Below, piece by piece: positions 51,317 to 62,141 of a stretch of DNA of 64,000 bases (positions are counted from its first letter, which is position 1; each line of letters starts with the position of its first letter). This DNA comes from an uncultured archaeon (lineage in GTDB: Archaea > Thermoproteota > Bathyarchaeia > Bathyarchaeales > Bathycorpusculaceae), in NCBI GenBank assembly GCA_963782915.1, contig CAWALK010000012.1, positions 288,001-352,000 on the forward strand, given 5' to 3'. The position numbers and the translations under genes are program-made. Under the pieces are notes generated by a model. It saw only the letters and a program-made list of their open reading frames with translations, was not told the origin of the DNA and searched no databases.

Positions 51317-51718
51317 TTAGAGGAGGATTCTTTTAACAATCCAAGCATGAGTGCAGGTTTTATCCATAAAGACCGCCATCCTGTTCCCGCCGATGCACAT
51401 GCAAAGCACCTTAACCGATTTCCCTTCAACAAGTGCGCTCTCTACATCCGTTAAGTTGAACTGTTTTGAAATTGCGCGGCTGCAGTCGTGAATTTGGCTG
51501 GAAAGCGAGGCATATTCAATTACGGCTTCTTTTTGGGTTAGGTCGATGATGGCTGCTGTGTTGCTGCGAAGGATATAGCCGATGACGCCTTTGAGTTTGC
51601 GGATTTCGCTTAAGGTAGCTGCGAGGTTTGCGAAAACAGAGTTATCCCCGCCAACAACAATGACTGGTGCAGTGTCTGTGAGTTGTTCTGTTTGGGCTAT
51701 GTCCATTTTCTGTTTCAA
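51317..51718 (-). CDS. Roadblock/LC7 domain protein
   Basis: L.EI..LKGVIGYIL ... A.LSS ... VESALVEG...VL ... MAVF pattern. Confidence 0.72.
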   Translation of the reverse strand: MKQKMDIAQTEQLTDTAPVIVVGGDNSVFANLAATLSEIRKLKGVIGYILRSNTAAIIDLTQKEAVIEYASLSSQIHDCSRAISKQFNLTDVESALVEGKSVKVLCMCIGGNRMAVFMDKTCTHAWIVKRILL

Positions 51719-51728
51719 TGTATCACCT

Positions 51729-52481
51729 TTATTCGATTACTGGTTTAACGATGACCAGTTTGCCTTTGCTGCTCTGCAGGGTTTGGAGGATTTTGTCTGG
51801 GATCCCGATTATGCCTTTGGCGTCTTTTTGGGGTTTGAATTTGCAGGTTACGGTTTTGCCCTCTAAGGTTTGGATGGATACTGCGGTGAAGGTTTTTTTG
51901 TCATAGAGGTTTTGCCAGTTCTCGATCACTTCGCTGTCGATGCGCACTGTGTCCGATGGGACTAGTAAGCCGCCGATTTTTTCTACCATAAACTGGGTTG
52001 TTGGCGCTTTGGGCAGGTATGGTTCAGGCGGCGATTCTAGATCAGGAATAGTTCTTTCCGATTTCTGCTCGGTCAAAATAGCTTCAACTTTTGACGGCGC
52101 CTTTTCAGGTAGAACCCTCTGCTTTTCCACCACAACCGTTCCTTTAGCTAACTGGATAACGGTGGGTGCAACAATTTGGGTTAGGGACTTGATTATTTTT
52201 TGGTCTGCGGTTCGAGAAGAAACCGTCGCTAAATAAACATCACCTACAGCGGCAACAGAAAGTTGAGTGTTGAGGTCTTGGATGGTTAAACTCTCTATGC
52301 CGCCGATGCATCCAGCGTGAGTTATGCCGTTTAGGTTGGCGATTAGCGTTTGTGTTTGCTCTGGTGTGGTGCCTTCGCTGGCAGCTAAGGTTTCGCCCTC
52401 CAAATTGAAAACTATGGTGTTGGCGATGTCTGGGCTTAGGGTTTTGAATTCGCCGATTACCGTTTGGAGCGCTTCAGTCAA
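51729..52481 (-). CDS. Roadblock/LC7 N-terminal domain plus C-terminal small beta-barrel domain
   Basis: SPDIANTIVFNLEGETLAAS...IESLTIQ; P-rich linker; DTVRID...GIIGIP...KG.LV.VKP. Confidence 0.65.
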   Translation of the reverse strand: MTEALQTVIGEFKTLSPDIANTIVFNLEGETLAASEGTTPEQTQTLIANLNGITHAGCIGGIESLTIQDLNTQLSVAAVGDVYLATVSSRTADQKIIKSLTQIVAPTVIQLAKGTVVVEKQRVLPEKAPSKVEAILTEQKSERTIPDLESPPEPYLPKAPTTQFMVEKIGGLLVPSDTVRIDSEVIENWQNLYDKKTFTAVSIQTLEGKTVTCKFKPQKDAKGIIGIPDKILQTLQSSKGKLVIVKPVIE

Positions 52482-52506
52482 AGGTTTCTGCTCCTTTTAC
52501 GCGGCC

Positions 52507-52932
52507 CTAAGCAATTTTGAATAGGATACGTTCTGGGATTCCTTCGTCTTCGAGTACAAGATATTTTAGGCCTTCTGTATCGCCAAGTTGGTCAAGCCAT
52601 TTTAGTGCTTCCCGCACTTTCTGCAGTACCAAGAGCCGTTCTTGGTGGCTGCGTACGACTGATTCAATCGCTGACAACTCATGATATGGTGTTGCATCTA
52701 AAACGATGTTTAGGGTGCCTACGGTGATTTCGCTGGGGTTATCGTTGGAGGGTTTTTTGCCTGCTAATTTCATGACTGTGTCGCGGATTTTTTTGGATTT
52801 CTCAGCCAAGGTGCGGATGTCGTCGAGTTTGCGCAGGTACTCGCCCAGTACGCTTTTGGTTTCGGAGAGTTGTTTGTCTAGTGCTTCGGCGATTGCTTGG
52901 GCTGAGGTGTATTCTTTAATTTGTGTTACCAT
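52507..52932 (-). CDS. Hypothetical coiled-coil hairpin protein
   Basis: 141 aa, two long heptad-rich helices; GGAG RBS. Confidence 0.7.
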   Translation of the reverse strand: MVTQIKEYTSAQAIAEALDKQLSETKSVLGEYLRKLDDIRTLAEKSKKIRDTVMKLAGKKPSNDNPSEITVGTLNIVLDATPYHELSAIESVVRSHQERLLVLQKVREALKWLDQLGDTEGLKYLVLEDEGIPERILFKIA

Positions 52933-52979
52933 GAATTTTTAACTCCTAAATTTTTTTTAAAGAGAGAAAAGGAAAATTT

Positions 52980-52999
52980 AGGTGAACGGTCCTTCACCT
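52980..52999 (-). terminator. Hairpin plus pyrimidine tract downstream of the pilin gene
   Basis: AGGTGAA-N6-TTCACCT followed on the minus strand by TTTTCCTTTTCTCTC. Confidence 0.4.
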
Positions 53000-53028
53000 T
53001 ACCCCGAAGGATCTAAACTATATTGGAT

Positions 53029-53494
53029 TTATGGGTTGTTTATGGTTGCAGTTGCTGCGAAGACAAGTTGTTGCCTTTTGCTGTGATTAGTTTGACTGTG
53101 TATTCTTGACCTAGAAGTCCAATGCAGCAGTCTGTTCAGTGCTAAAGTTGTATCTGATGCACATCTTGGCAGTAATTGTAATGCGCTGCTAGTACAACTC
53201 GGCAGTAACATTGCTACTGCGTTGACAAAAGCATTGCGTAATTGTTACAAGTTTCGCCTGTATTTTGAACGGTTACAATTATTGTTGCTGGTGGCTGCGC
53301 ATCATCGAAAAGTCCTATGTTTGTGATTGTTGCTTGTTCTGCGTTCCCATTAGTCTGATGGTCATTCCTCCCATCCATGCTGCGACGACGACGCTGACTG
53401 CGACGGTGACTGCGATCAAAATGATTGATGCTACTACTGGGCTTAGGGCTTTCGAGTTTTTCTTTAATTTGTTGTATAGTTTATTGTAGTTCAT
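53029..53494 (-). CDS. Archaeal type IV pilin-like protein (frameshifted)
   Basis: MNYNKLYNKLKKNSKA|LSPVVASIILIAVTVAVSVVVAAWMGG class III signal peptide; later VQNTGE motif; N-terminus absent from the ORF track. Confidence 0.82.
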
Positions 53495-53651
53495 TTTTTT
53501 GACCTTCTAACTTCCTTGTTTTAATTCAGATTCTGAATAAAGCATTTAAGTCTTGTGACTCAATACATGCTACTATATACCTGTTGAACAGAAATACAGT
53601 TCCCTGAAAAATTAAAGAAAATTAGAAACAAAGAATAGAAGGTTATAATTT

Positions 53652-53987
53652 TTAAGCTTCGACGTCGTCGAAGAATTCGAGAAGCAGCTTTGCGACTTTT
53701 TCGCCCAACTCAGTTTTTATATAGTATTTTTTGAGTGGGTCAATGCGTTCGCTTTTGGCTAAACCCAAAGATTCAATTTCAATCATTCGAGCCCTGAAAG
53801 TGCCGTCACTTAGGGTTAGGTTGTTTTCTCGCATGAAGTCTTTGGCATCTTTCCACTTGCCTCGTCCTACATGGAGCAAAAGCAAGCAGTCTATAGCGTG
53901 GTCTTTCTCTAGCATGGCTTTGATTGAAGCCATCCTTGGGTCGGTTAGCACACGCTTAATCTTCTCTTCGTCCACATTCTTCACCAT
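53652..53987 (-). CDS. Winged-helix transcriptional regulator
   Basis: LSDGTFRARMIEIESLGL...YYIKTELGEKVA; AGGAG RBS before ATG 53987. Confidence 0.78.
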   Translation of the reverse strand: MVKNVDEEKIKRVLTDPRMASIKAMLEKDHAIDCLLLLHVGRGKWKDAKDFMRENNLTLSDGTFRARMIEIESLGLAKSERIDPLKKYYIKTELGEKVAKLLLEFFDDVEA

Positions 53988-54280
53988 TTCAATCTCTCCT
54001 TTCTTTTCAATTATTGGTATAGCGTCTCTCAATATAAACTATATTACGAATTACGAAATATATCTCCAGACGCCTATCTCCCGAATATCAATATCTTAGC
54101 CACCACTTAATAAATATAAGCAGACAAGCAAGCGTTGGTATCAACTGCAACATGCCTTATTGGGGATGTAATGCAAAAACAATGCTTTTGTCTGGTTTAA
54201 AAAGGTGGGTTTGGGGTTTGGTTGGTTATCGAAAGGCTTAACAGAACCCAAAAAGCATCCATCCGTATCGAGGCAGTTGT

Positions 54281-54874
54281 TTGGCAAGCGATATCCAATA
54301 CGAAATTCCCACATGGAGCCAAATCTATGACATGCTCCTAGTGCAGGCGCAGAAAATCCAGGCTGCCAACTATAAGCCCGACGTGGTGGTTGCAGTTATC
54401 CGGGGCGGTTTAGTCCCTGCGCGAATTTTAACTGATTTGCTTGAGGCGCCGGTGCTTGCCACTATACAAATCGAATTCTACACGGGTATCGCCCAAACCA
54501 TGCAAGCGCCAACAATTAAGCAAGCCCTTACGGTAGCAGTAGGCGGCAAAAAAGTCTTAATCGTCGATGACATCGCTGACACAGGCAAAAGCCTCCAACT
54601 CGCCAAAAACTATCTCCAACAGCGAAGCGTAGGCGAAATCAAAACCGCAACTCTATACTATAAACCGCAAAGCATAACCAAACCCGATTTCTATGAGAAA
54701 CAAACCGGCAGCTGGGTTGTTTTTCCATGGGAAACCCGTGAGACCCTGCGCGAAATACTCAGAAGCCGCCAAGGCAAACGGCAGATTAATCAGGAAATCG
54801 CAAAACTCGTAAGATCAGGGTTTCCCCAACACTTGGCTGATAAACTCTTAGCAGGCATGCAGGAGCCCACCTAA
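54281..54874 (+). CDS. Purine phosphoribosyltransferase (Gpt/Hpt-like)
   Basis: RGGLVPAR, VLIVDDIADTGKSL, WVVFPWE. Confidence 0.9.
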   Translation: MASDIQYEIPTWSQIYDMLLVQAQKIQAANYKPDVVVAVIRGGLVPARILTDLLEAPVLATIQIEFYTGIAQTMQAPTIKQALTVAVGGKKVLIVDDIADTGKSLQLAKNYLQQRSVGEIKTATLYYKPQSITKPDFYEKQTGSWVVFPWETRETLREILRSRQGKRQINQEIAKLVRSGFPQHLADKLLAGMQEPT

Positions 54875-55432
54875 TGCTGCACCACATCGAAGAGTTCGGC
54901 AGATACGTCGAAATCACAGGTTACCGCAACATAGCTTTCGCTCAAGCTGAGGCTTTTTTGAAGGCTCACCGAAAACAAGCCTGCACCAAGTTGAGCTTCA
55001 ATTCTTCGACGCCGACCTAATCGCCACAGAAGAACACCTCTACTTCGCAGTCCTAAACGCATTGCAGGCATTCAAGGGCAAGACTAACATTTCTAAAAGT
55101 GTCGCTATGGAAACGATGCTTTTTGCTTCGGCTCAGCGGCAAATCCAAAAATCAATCGAGCACATCGGCGTTAAACCGCAGAGCAAGAATTTGGCTGTGG
55201 TGATTGTTGGCGAAGACTCTAAACAGATAGAAGCTCAACTAAAGCCTTAACAGAATGTTTAGGCACTCAACCCGACGCATCCGTCCTCCAACTTACAGCG
55301 GATAAACAGAAAAGAATCCGAGCAGCCTTCCAAATCACCGAAGAGGAAATAAAAACAGAAAACAGCCCAACGGAGAAGGCTATTGTGAACCTTGTCATCG
55401 AGCACGTTGCGTTATTGGCAACGCAGCTTTAG
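54874..55432 (+). CDS. cgi121: KEOPS complex subunit Cgi121 (frameshifted)
   Basis: QFFDADLIA..EHL..A...A...NISKS.AME.ML.ASAQRQI.K.I...G. Confidence 0.85.
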
Positions 55433-55952
55433 AGCATTTTCTCTTTAACAACCGCCAAAATATCAGTTGCTTAAGCAGCGAAACCCCAGTTAAAGCGCCC
55501 AAAACCTCAATCTGCAAAATCCAATCAGGGCTATGCAAATCAACTTTGGCTTTGATGTCGCCTACTGCTGCTTCGATTATGTCTTTTGAGTGAAGTTCTG
55601 TGTAGCGTTTTTCAACTGTTACCCTAAACGATTGTGTTTCCTCGATTTTTGCGGATAGTTCTGCGGTTGCTTTTTTGATTTCCTCCAAATCCGTTGTACA
55701 ACCTGTTGAATGGGTACGATGCGTGGGCATAGCGGAATTCGTATGGGCGCTCGGCGAGGATTGCGCGGAGTTTTTCCATGACGGCGATGGGGTCTATGTG
55801 GTTTTGGCTACGATTAAGCCGCGGATTTTGGTTTTGCTTGTTTTGGCTTCGGCGTCGCCAAGTTGGTCTTTGAGGATGTAGAACATTTCGTTGCACATGG
55901 CTCGTTCGTTGCCGCGGGCTGTGGTTGCTAAGAGGTTGAAGTCGTTTATCAT
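55429..55952 (-). CDS. Stand-alone THUMP domain protein (frameshifted)
   Basis: FNLLATTARGNE, SFRVTVEKR, VDLHSPD.ILQIEVLG..TGVS. Confidence 0.85.
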
Positions 55953-56068
55953 GAGGGTTTTCCCAGTGGAGATTGTGGGTTGCTGGTTATTTTTGCTTTG
56001 TGCCCAAAAATCGGCGCGTGTATGCTTGATTAGGTAACTAATGAAAACACGTGGCCTCTTGTGATTTT

Positions 56069-56093
56069 TGTCTACCCCCTCCCTCAATAGATG
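56069..56093 (-). repeat. Dispersed TATA/G-tract element, copy 6 (core, reverse strand)
   Basis: Minus strand CATCTATTGAGGGAGGGGGTAGACA. Confidence 0.55.
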
Positions 56094-56136
56094 AAAACAA
56101 AAAAGCATTTATCTGTATTAGTTTAAGCAGAGGTTA

Positions 56137-56640
56137 TGAATCGAGCAGTCCCTCCTATCACTCACTGTTATAATTTGTACTAGATTCTACTGCTGGGGGA
56201 TTAGTTTATCTGGATATCAATTGTCCAAATCAGTCTATTGAACCTCTTAATGTAACAATAATGGCTTCAATCTGACAGGCTATTACAACCCAGTTGGAGT
56301 TGTATGGAATGATATGTTCCTTCTTACCTATGCGAATAATGGATTTAACTGATGTTGACAACGCAACAATTACTTTTAGCACAAATAGCACCTTTGAAAT
56401 GAATAGAGAAAATAGATGTCTTTGAACCAGCGCCCCCAAATAATCCTATTCAAACTTTTATGATGGACGAGCCATATTCTTGGGTACTATCAAAGCGAAT
56501 GAAACAAAAGAATTTCATGGTTGCATCAGGAATTATCTTGTGTGATTCTTTTAGGTCATGGATTTGCCTTTACTGCTACCTTAAAATCAAATGATACTTT
56601 CATAGACCAAGAAGCAATAATGATTCCACCACTCAAGTAA
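56137..56640 (+). pseudogene. Degenerate or multiply frameshifted AT-rich hypothetical gene
   Basis: GAGG RBS plus ATG, hydrophobic start and beta-rich fragments (LGTIKANETKEF) interrupted by stops. Confidence 0.3.
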
Positions 56641-56857
56641 TAATCAGATACCTTGGACTTAGTTAAGTAAAGATGTATGATTGCAAAGCTATTGAGTAAA
56701 CAATTACAATTGGTGGATAAAGAGCCTCTTAGGATACAAAAAGTTTGTCAACAAACCTTGACTAAAAAAATCGGCTCTTAGTCCAGAAACCTTGACAAAA
56801 ACGCTTTTTACAGCACCAAAGCCCCAATGAAATCAGCTCTGAAGGAGTATGAATCCG

Positions 56858-58649
56858 ATGGGAAAGTCAGCCTCAAATTGGAGCATCCAAACAAAAACAC
56901 GATTTACCCTAAAAATCCTCGGCGTTATCGCCGCTTGCCTAGTTTGTCTTCTCCCACCTGGATATTTCAAGCCAGCGGCGCAGCAGCCTCTACCATACAA
57001 ACCGTGGATGCATCCCCAAAAGTAGGTTCCTACGTATCCATGGCTCTAAATTCACAGGGCAACCCCGGCATCAGCTACTACGACTTCAACAACACCAACC
57101 TCAAATACGCTTACTGGACTGGCACCAACTGGGACGTCCAAACCGTCGATGACCAAGGCTTCAACGGCTTGCACACCTCAGTAGCCTTTGACTCAAAGGA
57201 CAATCCCCACATAAGCTACTTCGGCGAAAACGGCGGCTTAAAGTATGCAGTCTGGAATGGAACCGCTTGGAGCCTCCAAAAAGTCGATGTCGCAGGAAGC
57301 TTCACATCCATCGCTATAGACTCCAACGATCACCCACACATAAGTTACTTTAGCATCCAAAATGGGGCTGATTTAAAGTATGCCGCTTGGAATGGTACCT
57401 CTTGGGAACTCCAAACCCTCGATTCAGAAGGGGGAACAGGCGAATTTACCTCCCTCAAACTGGACAACAACAGTTATGCCCACATAAGCTATTTCGACTA
57501 TACAAATCGCAGTTTGCGGGTAGCTTGGCAGAATAGCACAGGCTGGCATACCCAAACTGTTGACGCAACAGTTGACGTGGGCAAATTCAGCTCCTTAGAC
57601 TTAGACGCCAACGGCACCACCCACATAGCCTACTGCGACAACGCTAGCCGAGACCTGCGATATGCAGTTTCGAATGGTTCAGGCTGGAACATTTCAGGTG
57701 GTTGATTCAATCGGCGATGTCGGCACAGATTCCTCTCTTGCTTTAGACTCACAGGGGTATCCGCACATCAGCTATACCGATAACACAAACCATGTGCTGA
57801 AATATGCCTCATGGAACGGCAAACTGGAATATCCAAACCCTCAGTTACGCAGGTTACGTGGGCGAATACACCAGCTTACCCAACGACCAGACATCAATAA
57901 AAATCGATAGAGACGATGACGCCTGCATTGCGTACTGTGACTGGGGTAACTACTGCTTGAAATACCTCACATTGCCAAACTCCACAGGATACGCAACTAA
58001 ATACGTTCAACCAAGTGTTTTCTTAACAGTCACTCCAAATCCTGTTGAAATCGGAAAAACAGTCAGCATAAACATAACCCTAACACCAAAACCGCCCATG
58101 ACAACGGATTATTACCAAAATATAACCCTAAAGATAACCAATCCAGATGAAACAACGATTACACTCGGACCTTTTGCCTCAGACAACGGCACAGTATTTA
58201 CCTTATTTACACCGACACAGGTCGGCAACTACTCATTACAGGCAAAATATGGTGGCCAATTATTCCTCCGAATGTTCCCAGTCAACGACGTTACCTACTT
58301 TGCCACCCAAAGCAACGTAGTAGCCCTTATGGTTCATCAGGAACCAACTGCAACGCCAACGCCCTCTCCTTCTCCCACACCAACCCCAGCACCCGCTTCC
58401 AACCAAACCACAAAGACAACCTACACTCAAAGCAACCAGCAGACAAGCAGCAGCGAACCAAACTGGCAATACAACCAGCAATACACCCAAGATACAAACC
58501 AATACGGCGGCTCATCAGACACAGGATACCAACCGCCTAAGGTTCACCAAGACGCCGGACCCTTCCCCGTCGTTGAAACCGCAACTGCTTCGTTGGTTGC
58601 CTTTGGAATCTGCGTGGGTGTGATTCTCTTCTTGAAGAGATGGGAATAG
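56858..58649 (+). CDS. Cell-surface protein: beta-propeller repeats, Ig-like domain, PT/Q-rich stalk, C-terminal TM (frameshifted)
   Basis: At least six S.ALDS...PHISY...LKYA.W.G..W..Q.VD repeats, [13 protein letters not shown], terminal TM plus KR. Confidence 0.78.
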
Positions 58650-59053
58650 TAACAAAAAGCCTCCATGTTCCTCCAACCTGTCGGCGAAGTCGAAGAGAGA
58701 GGGGGCTTTTTCTACTTTTCAATTTAGCGGCTGCTTGCGCATTATCCATAACCAATCGGCAACCTAAAGCAAACGCTAAGGATACATACAAGTGACTTCA
58801 CAAATCGTTGGTCGATGTGATTTTTAGAGGTCTTTTGTCAGGATCTGCATTCAGAAATCGACCTTTTTACATGCAAATTCCAGTAACATAAGCGTTTATT
58901 TGACATTTCCATTGCAAAACCCACCATCAAAGCATGTTAAAGCGAACCTGAAAAAATGTGGCATTTAACCCTACAGTGCAGTTAACTTAAAGAACAAGCA
59001 GCAAATATACTAAGCAATCTAAATTAAAACGGGGAAAGTGGTGTAAGCAGCAA

Positions 59054-60578
59054 GTGGCTCAAGCAACCTTTGAAGAAATGAGTGCATCCGACTTTTTCTA
59101 CCGAAACCGCGACATCGCAGGCTTAACCAACCCATCACGCAGCCATCTTCGTTGCAATCCGAGAAATAGTCGAAAACAGCCTTGACGCAGCAGAAAGCCA
59201 AAAAATCCCCCCAGACGTCTACGTGCGCTTATCCTTTGAGGCCGAAGCCACCAAAGACACCCAAATCTACAAGCTCCGAGTCGAAGACAACGGCTGCGGC
59301 ATCCCACCGCGTTTCATCCCATCCGCCTTTGGCCAAGTCCTCTACGGCAGCAAATACAAGCTCAAACAGGTCCGAGGCACTTTCGGCTTAGGCGGAAAAA
59401 TGGCTGTTCTCTACGGCCAAATCACAACCCACCAACCAGTCGTTGTAACCTCAAGCACTGGGCAAGAAAAAATTTACACTTTCAAATTAATGATTGACAT
59501 CCAGCGCAACAAACCCATAATTTTGGACCGCAAAGTCCTCATAAACAAGGACAACTGGCAAGGAACAATCGTTGAATTCACCCTTGAAGGCGACTACCTC
59601 CGGGCGATGCCGAAAATCATCGAGTACTTCAAACAAACCGCCATGGTTAACCCATACGCAAACATCACTTTTGTTGACCCCAAAGGCAGACTCTACAAGT
59701 TCATCCGGGCAACAACAGTCATGCCTGAACCCCCAAAAGAAACCATGCCTCACCCATACGGCGTAGACGTAGAACTCCTACAGCGGCTAATCCAAATAAC
59801 AGAATACAACAACATGTCTGATTTTCTAAAAGGGCATTTCCACCGCGTCGGCGAAATCACTGCACAAAAATTCCTCGAATTCGCAGGTATCCCGCCAACA
59901 AAAACCCAAAAAAACTCTCCCATGAAGAAATCGTGCGGTTAATGCAGAACCTCAAAAAATACAAAGACTTCCTACCCCCAGACGCAAGTTGCCTCTCACC
60001 CTGGGCGAAGATCTCTCAAAGCAGGAGTCATGAAAGAACTAAAGCCTGAATACCTTGTTGTTCACCAACGTAAACCCTCCACATATGCGGGTCACCCATT
60101 CATTGTCGAGATGGCTATGGCATATGGCGGCGAAGTGCCTAAACGCGGCAACTTTGTAATTTACCGTTTCGCCAACAAAATCCCCTTGCTCTACGATGAA
60201 GCAAGCGATGTTTCTTACCGTGTAATTTCAGCTATGAATTGGCGACGCTACAAAGTTCACACCTGACATGCCAATCGCGATTGTCGTGCATATTTGCAGC
60301 ACAAAAGTCCCATACAAAACCGTGGGCAAAGAATTCATCTCTGACCGCCCCGAAGTACGCCGAGAAGAAGCCAACGCGTTGCGTGAGGTTGCACGTCAAA
60401 TGCAGCATTTCCTCGCCGGCAAGAGCATGTGCATAAGGAAAAGAAGCGGCTGGGAATCTTCAGCAAGTACCTGCCTAAAATCGCCGAGTTCTCAACGATC
60501 TTAGCTGGGGAAAGAAGGAATCCTGACATCGAAAAATTACTGAAGAGTGTGCAGAAGTATGGCGCAGAAGAAAGCTAA
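59054..60578 (+). CDS. top6B: DNA topoisomerase VI subunit B (several frameshifts)
   Basis: FFYRNRDIAG, REIVENSLDA, VEDNGCGI, RGTFGLG, PHPYGVD, RFANKIPLLYD, ICSTKVPYK. Confidence 0.95.
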
Positions 60579-61682
60579 GATAACTGAGAGAAAACAAGAG
60601 GTCATAAAGGGGCTTAAAGACCTTTGGCACTAATATTTACAATCAACTAGACCAAGGCGTTTTCCCAACAGTTAACATGCCCAGCCGCTAGCACCGAAAA
60701 CATCACCTACGACCCCGCGTTGCGCCAATATCATTTTAGGCGAAAAAAGCGTAGGCAGAAGCGCCCGCAACATCCGCCACATTAAACCCTTTACGCAACT
60801 TGCTTGGGTTGCAATGTTCAGCAACGAATTACCAGCCAACGAAAACCTCAACGTTAAGAGATGTCTACTACTCCGCACAAGCCTACGAGATGACTTTCAC
60901 TGACCAGCAGGAATCAAACAACATCATCACCGACCTAGAAACCCTCACAGGCTTTGCACGAGAAGACTTCAGCATATTCCCCGAAGAACGCAGCGCAATC
61001 TTTGGCGACTTAGACATCGGCTACACCGTGCCCGGGTATGAAGGCAAAACAGTGAATTTAACCAGCCACCCAGACGGCGTACTCATCGGTCCAGCCGTAA
61101 CCTCATCAGAATTCATAAAAACCACCGCTAACAAAGTCATAGCCATCGAGAAAGGCGCACTCTTCACAAGATTCATCGAAGAAAACGTCCACAACAAACA
61201 CAAGTCGCTTCTTGATTTCCTGCGGTGGACAAGCGCCAAGGCAAACCCGAAGCTTCATACGCCGACTCCACGACGAACTCGGCTTGCCAGTTTACATTTT
61301 AACTGACGGCGACCCATGGGGAATGCACATTGCTCAAGTCATCATTTCAGGTTCAGCCAACGCCGCCCACCTAAGAGACCTAAACACGCCTGATGCGGTT
61401 TGGAGCGGGGTTTGGGCAAGCGACATCGTCGAATACAAACTACCCACTGACCCACTGGACGAAGTAGACATTAAACGTCTATACGAGTTGCAAAAAGACC
61501 CAAGATACCAAAACGACCCCATCTGGCAACGTGAAATCAAGATGTTCCTCAAAATCAAGCGAAAGACGGAACTTGAAGCTTTCAGCAGATACGGCTTAAC
61601 TTACATCGTAGACGAATACTTGCCTACAAAACTTGAGCAGAAACCTAAAGAGAGCCCCCGTAAAACAGGCAAGAAACTGTAA
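60559..61682 (+). CDS. top6A: DNA topoisomerase VI subunit A (frameshifted)
   Basis: STLRDVYY (catalytic Tyr), QQES, IEK, GGQ, TDGDPWG, ELEA. Confidence 0.95.
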
Positions 61683-62141
61683 AATTAAACCCAAATATTA
61701 TTTGAAGGTGAATGCTTTGCGTGTCGGCATAACAATAATAGAGAAGCGAATGTAGTTGCGTGACCCCCTGACCTTAGCAAGTCAGCAAACCTCGATGAAA
61801 TAATTTCCGAAGCTTCGCGCTCTTAAATAGAAATTGAGAAGAACGGCAAAAAAACCGTTCCACTATGTTTAAAAAAAATCACTCACTATTCTTAAAAATA
61901 CCATGCATTTCTACTTTGAACACAACTCTGTTTAATCAAATAAGCTCCTCTTTAAAAAAAAAAGTCAGTAGAAACCCGTAGTAAAATGCTTTGTAAGCGA
62001 ATGATTTATCAGTAAATCAAATGTAAAACGCTACTGACCAGAGATGTCCATGAGACCAAACCGTTCCCAACGACGCTCACAAGCACCCTGCCCCGTTCCC
62101 TCTATGTTCCGCAAAGAGACCCCCGTGCCAACCTCCGCGAA

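Noticed and set aside
58654-58712. Hairpin AAAAAGCCTCC/GGGGGCTTTTT after the surface-protein gene as an ncRNA
   Set aside because: Position and trailing T-tract fit an ordinary terminator or 3' stabilising hairpin.
59054-61682. Fragmented topoisomerase VI as pseudogenes or programmed frameshifting
   Set aside because: All catalytic motifs are intact and indels occur window-wide without a consistent slippery site; assembly error is more likely.
61709-61900. Possible small gene after top6A
   Set aside because: Only short interrupted frames with no recognisable motif; cannot be supported.
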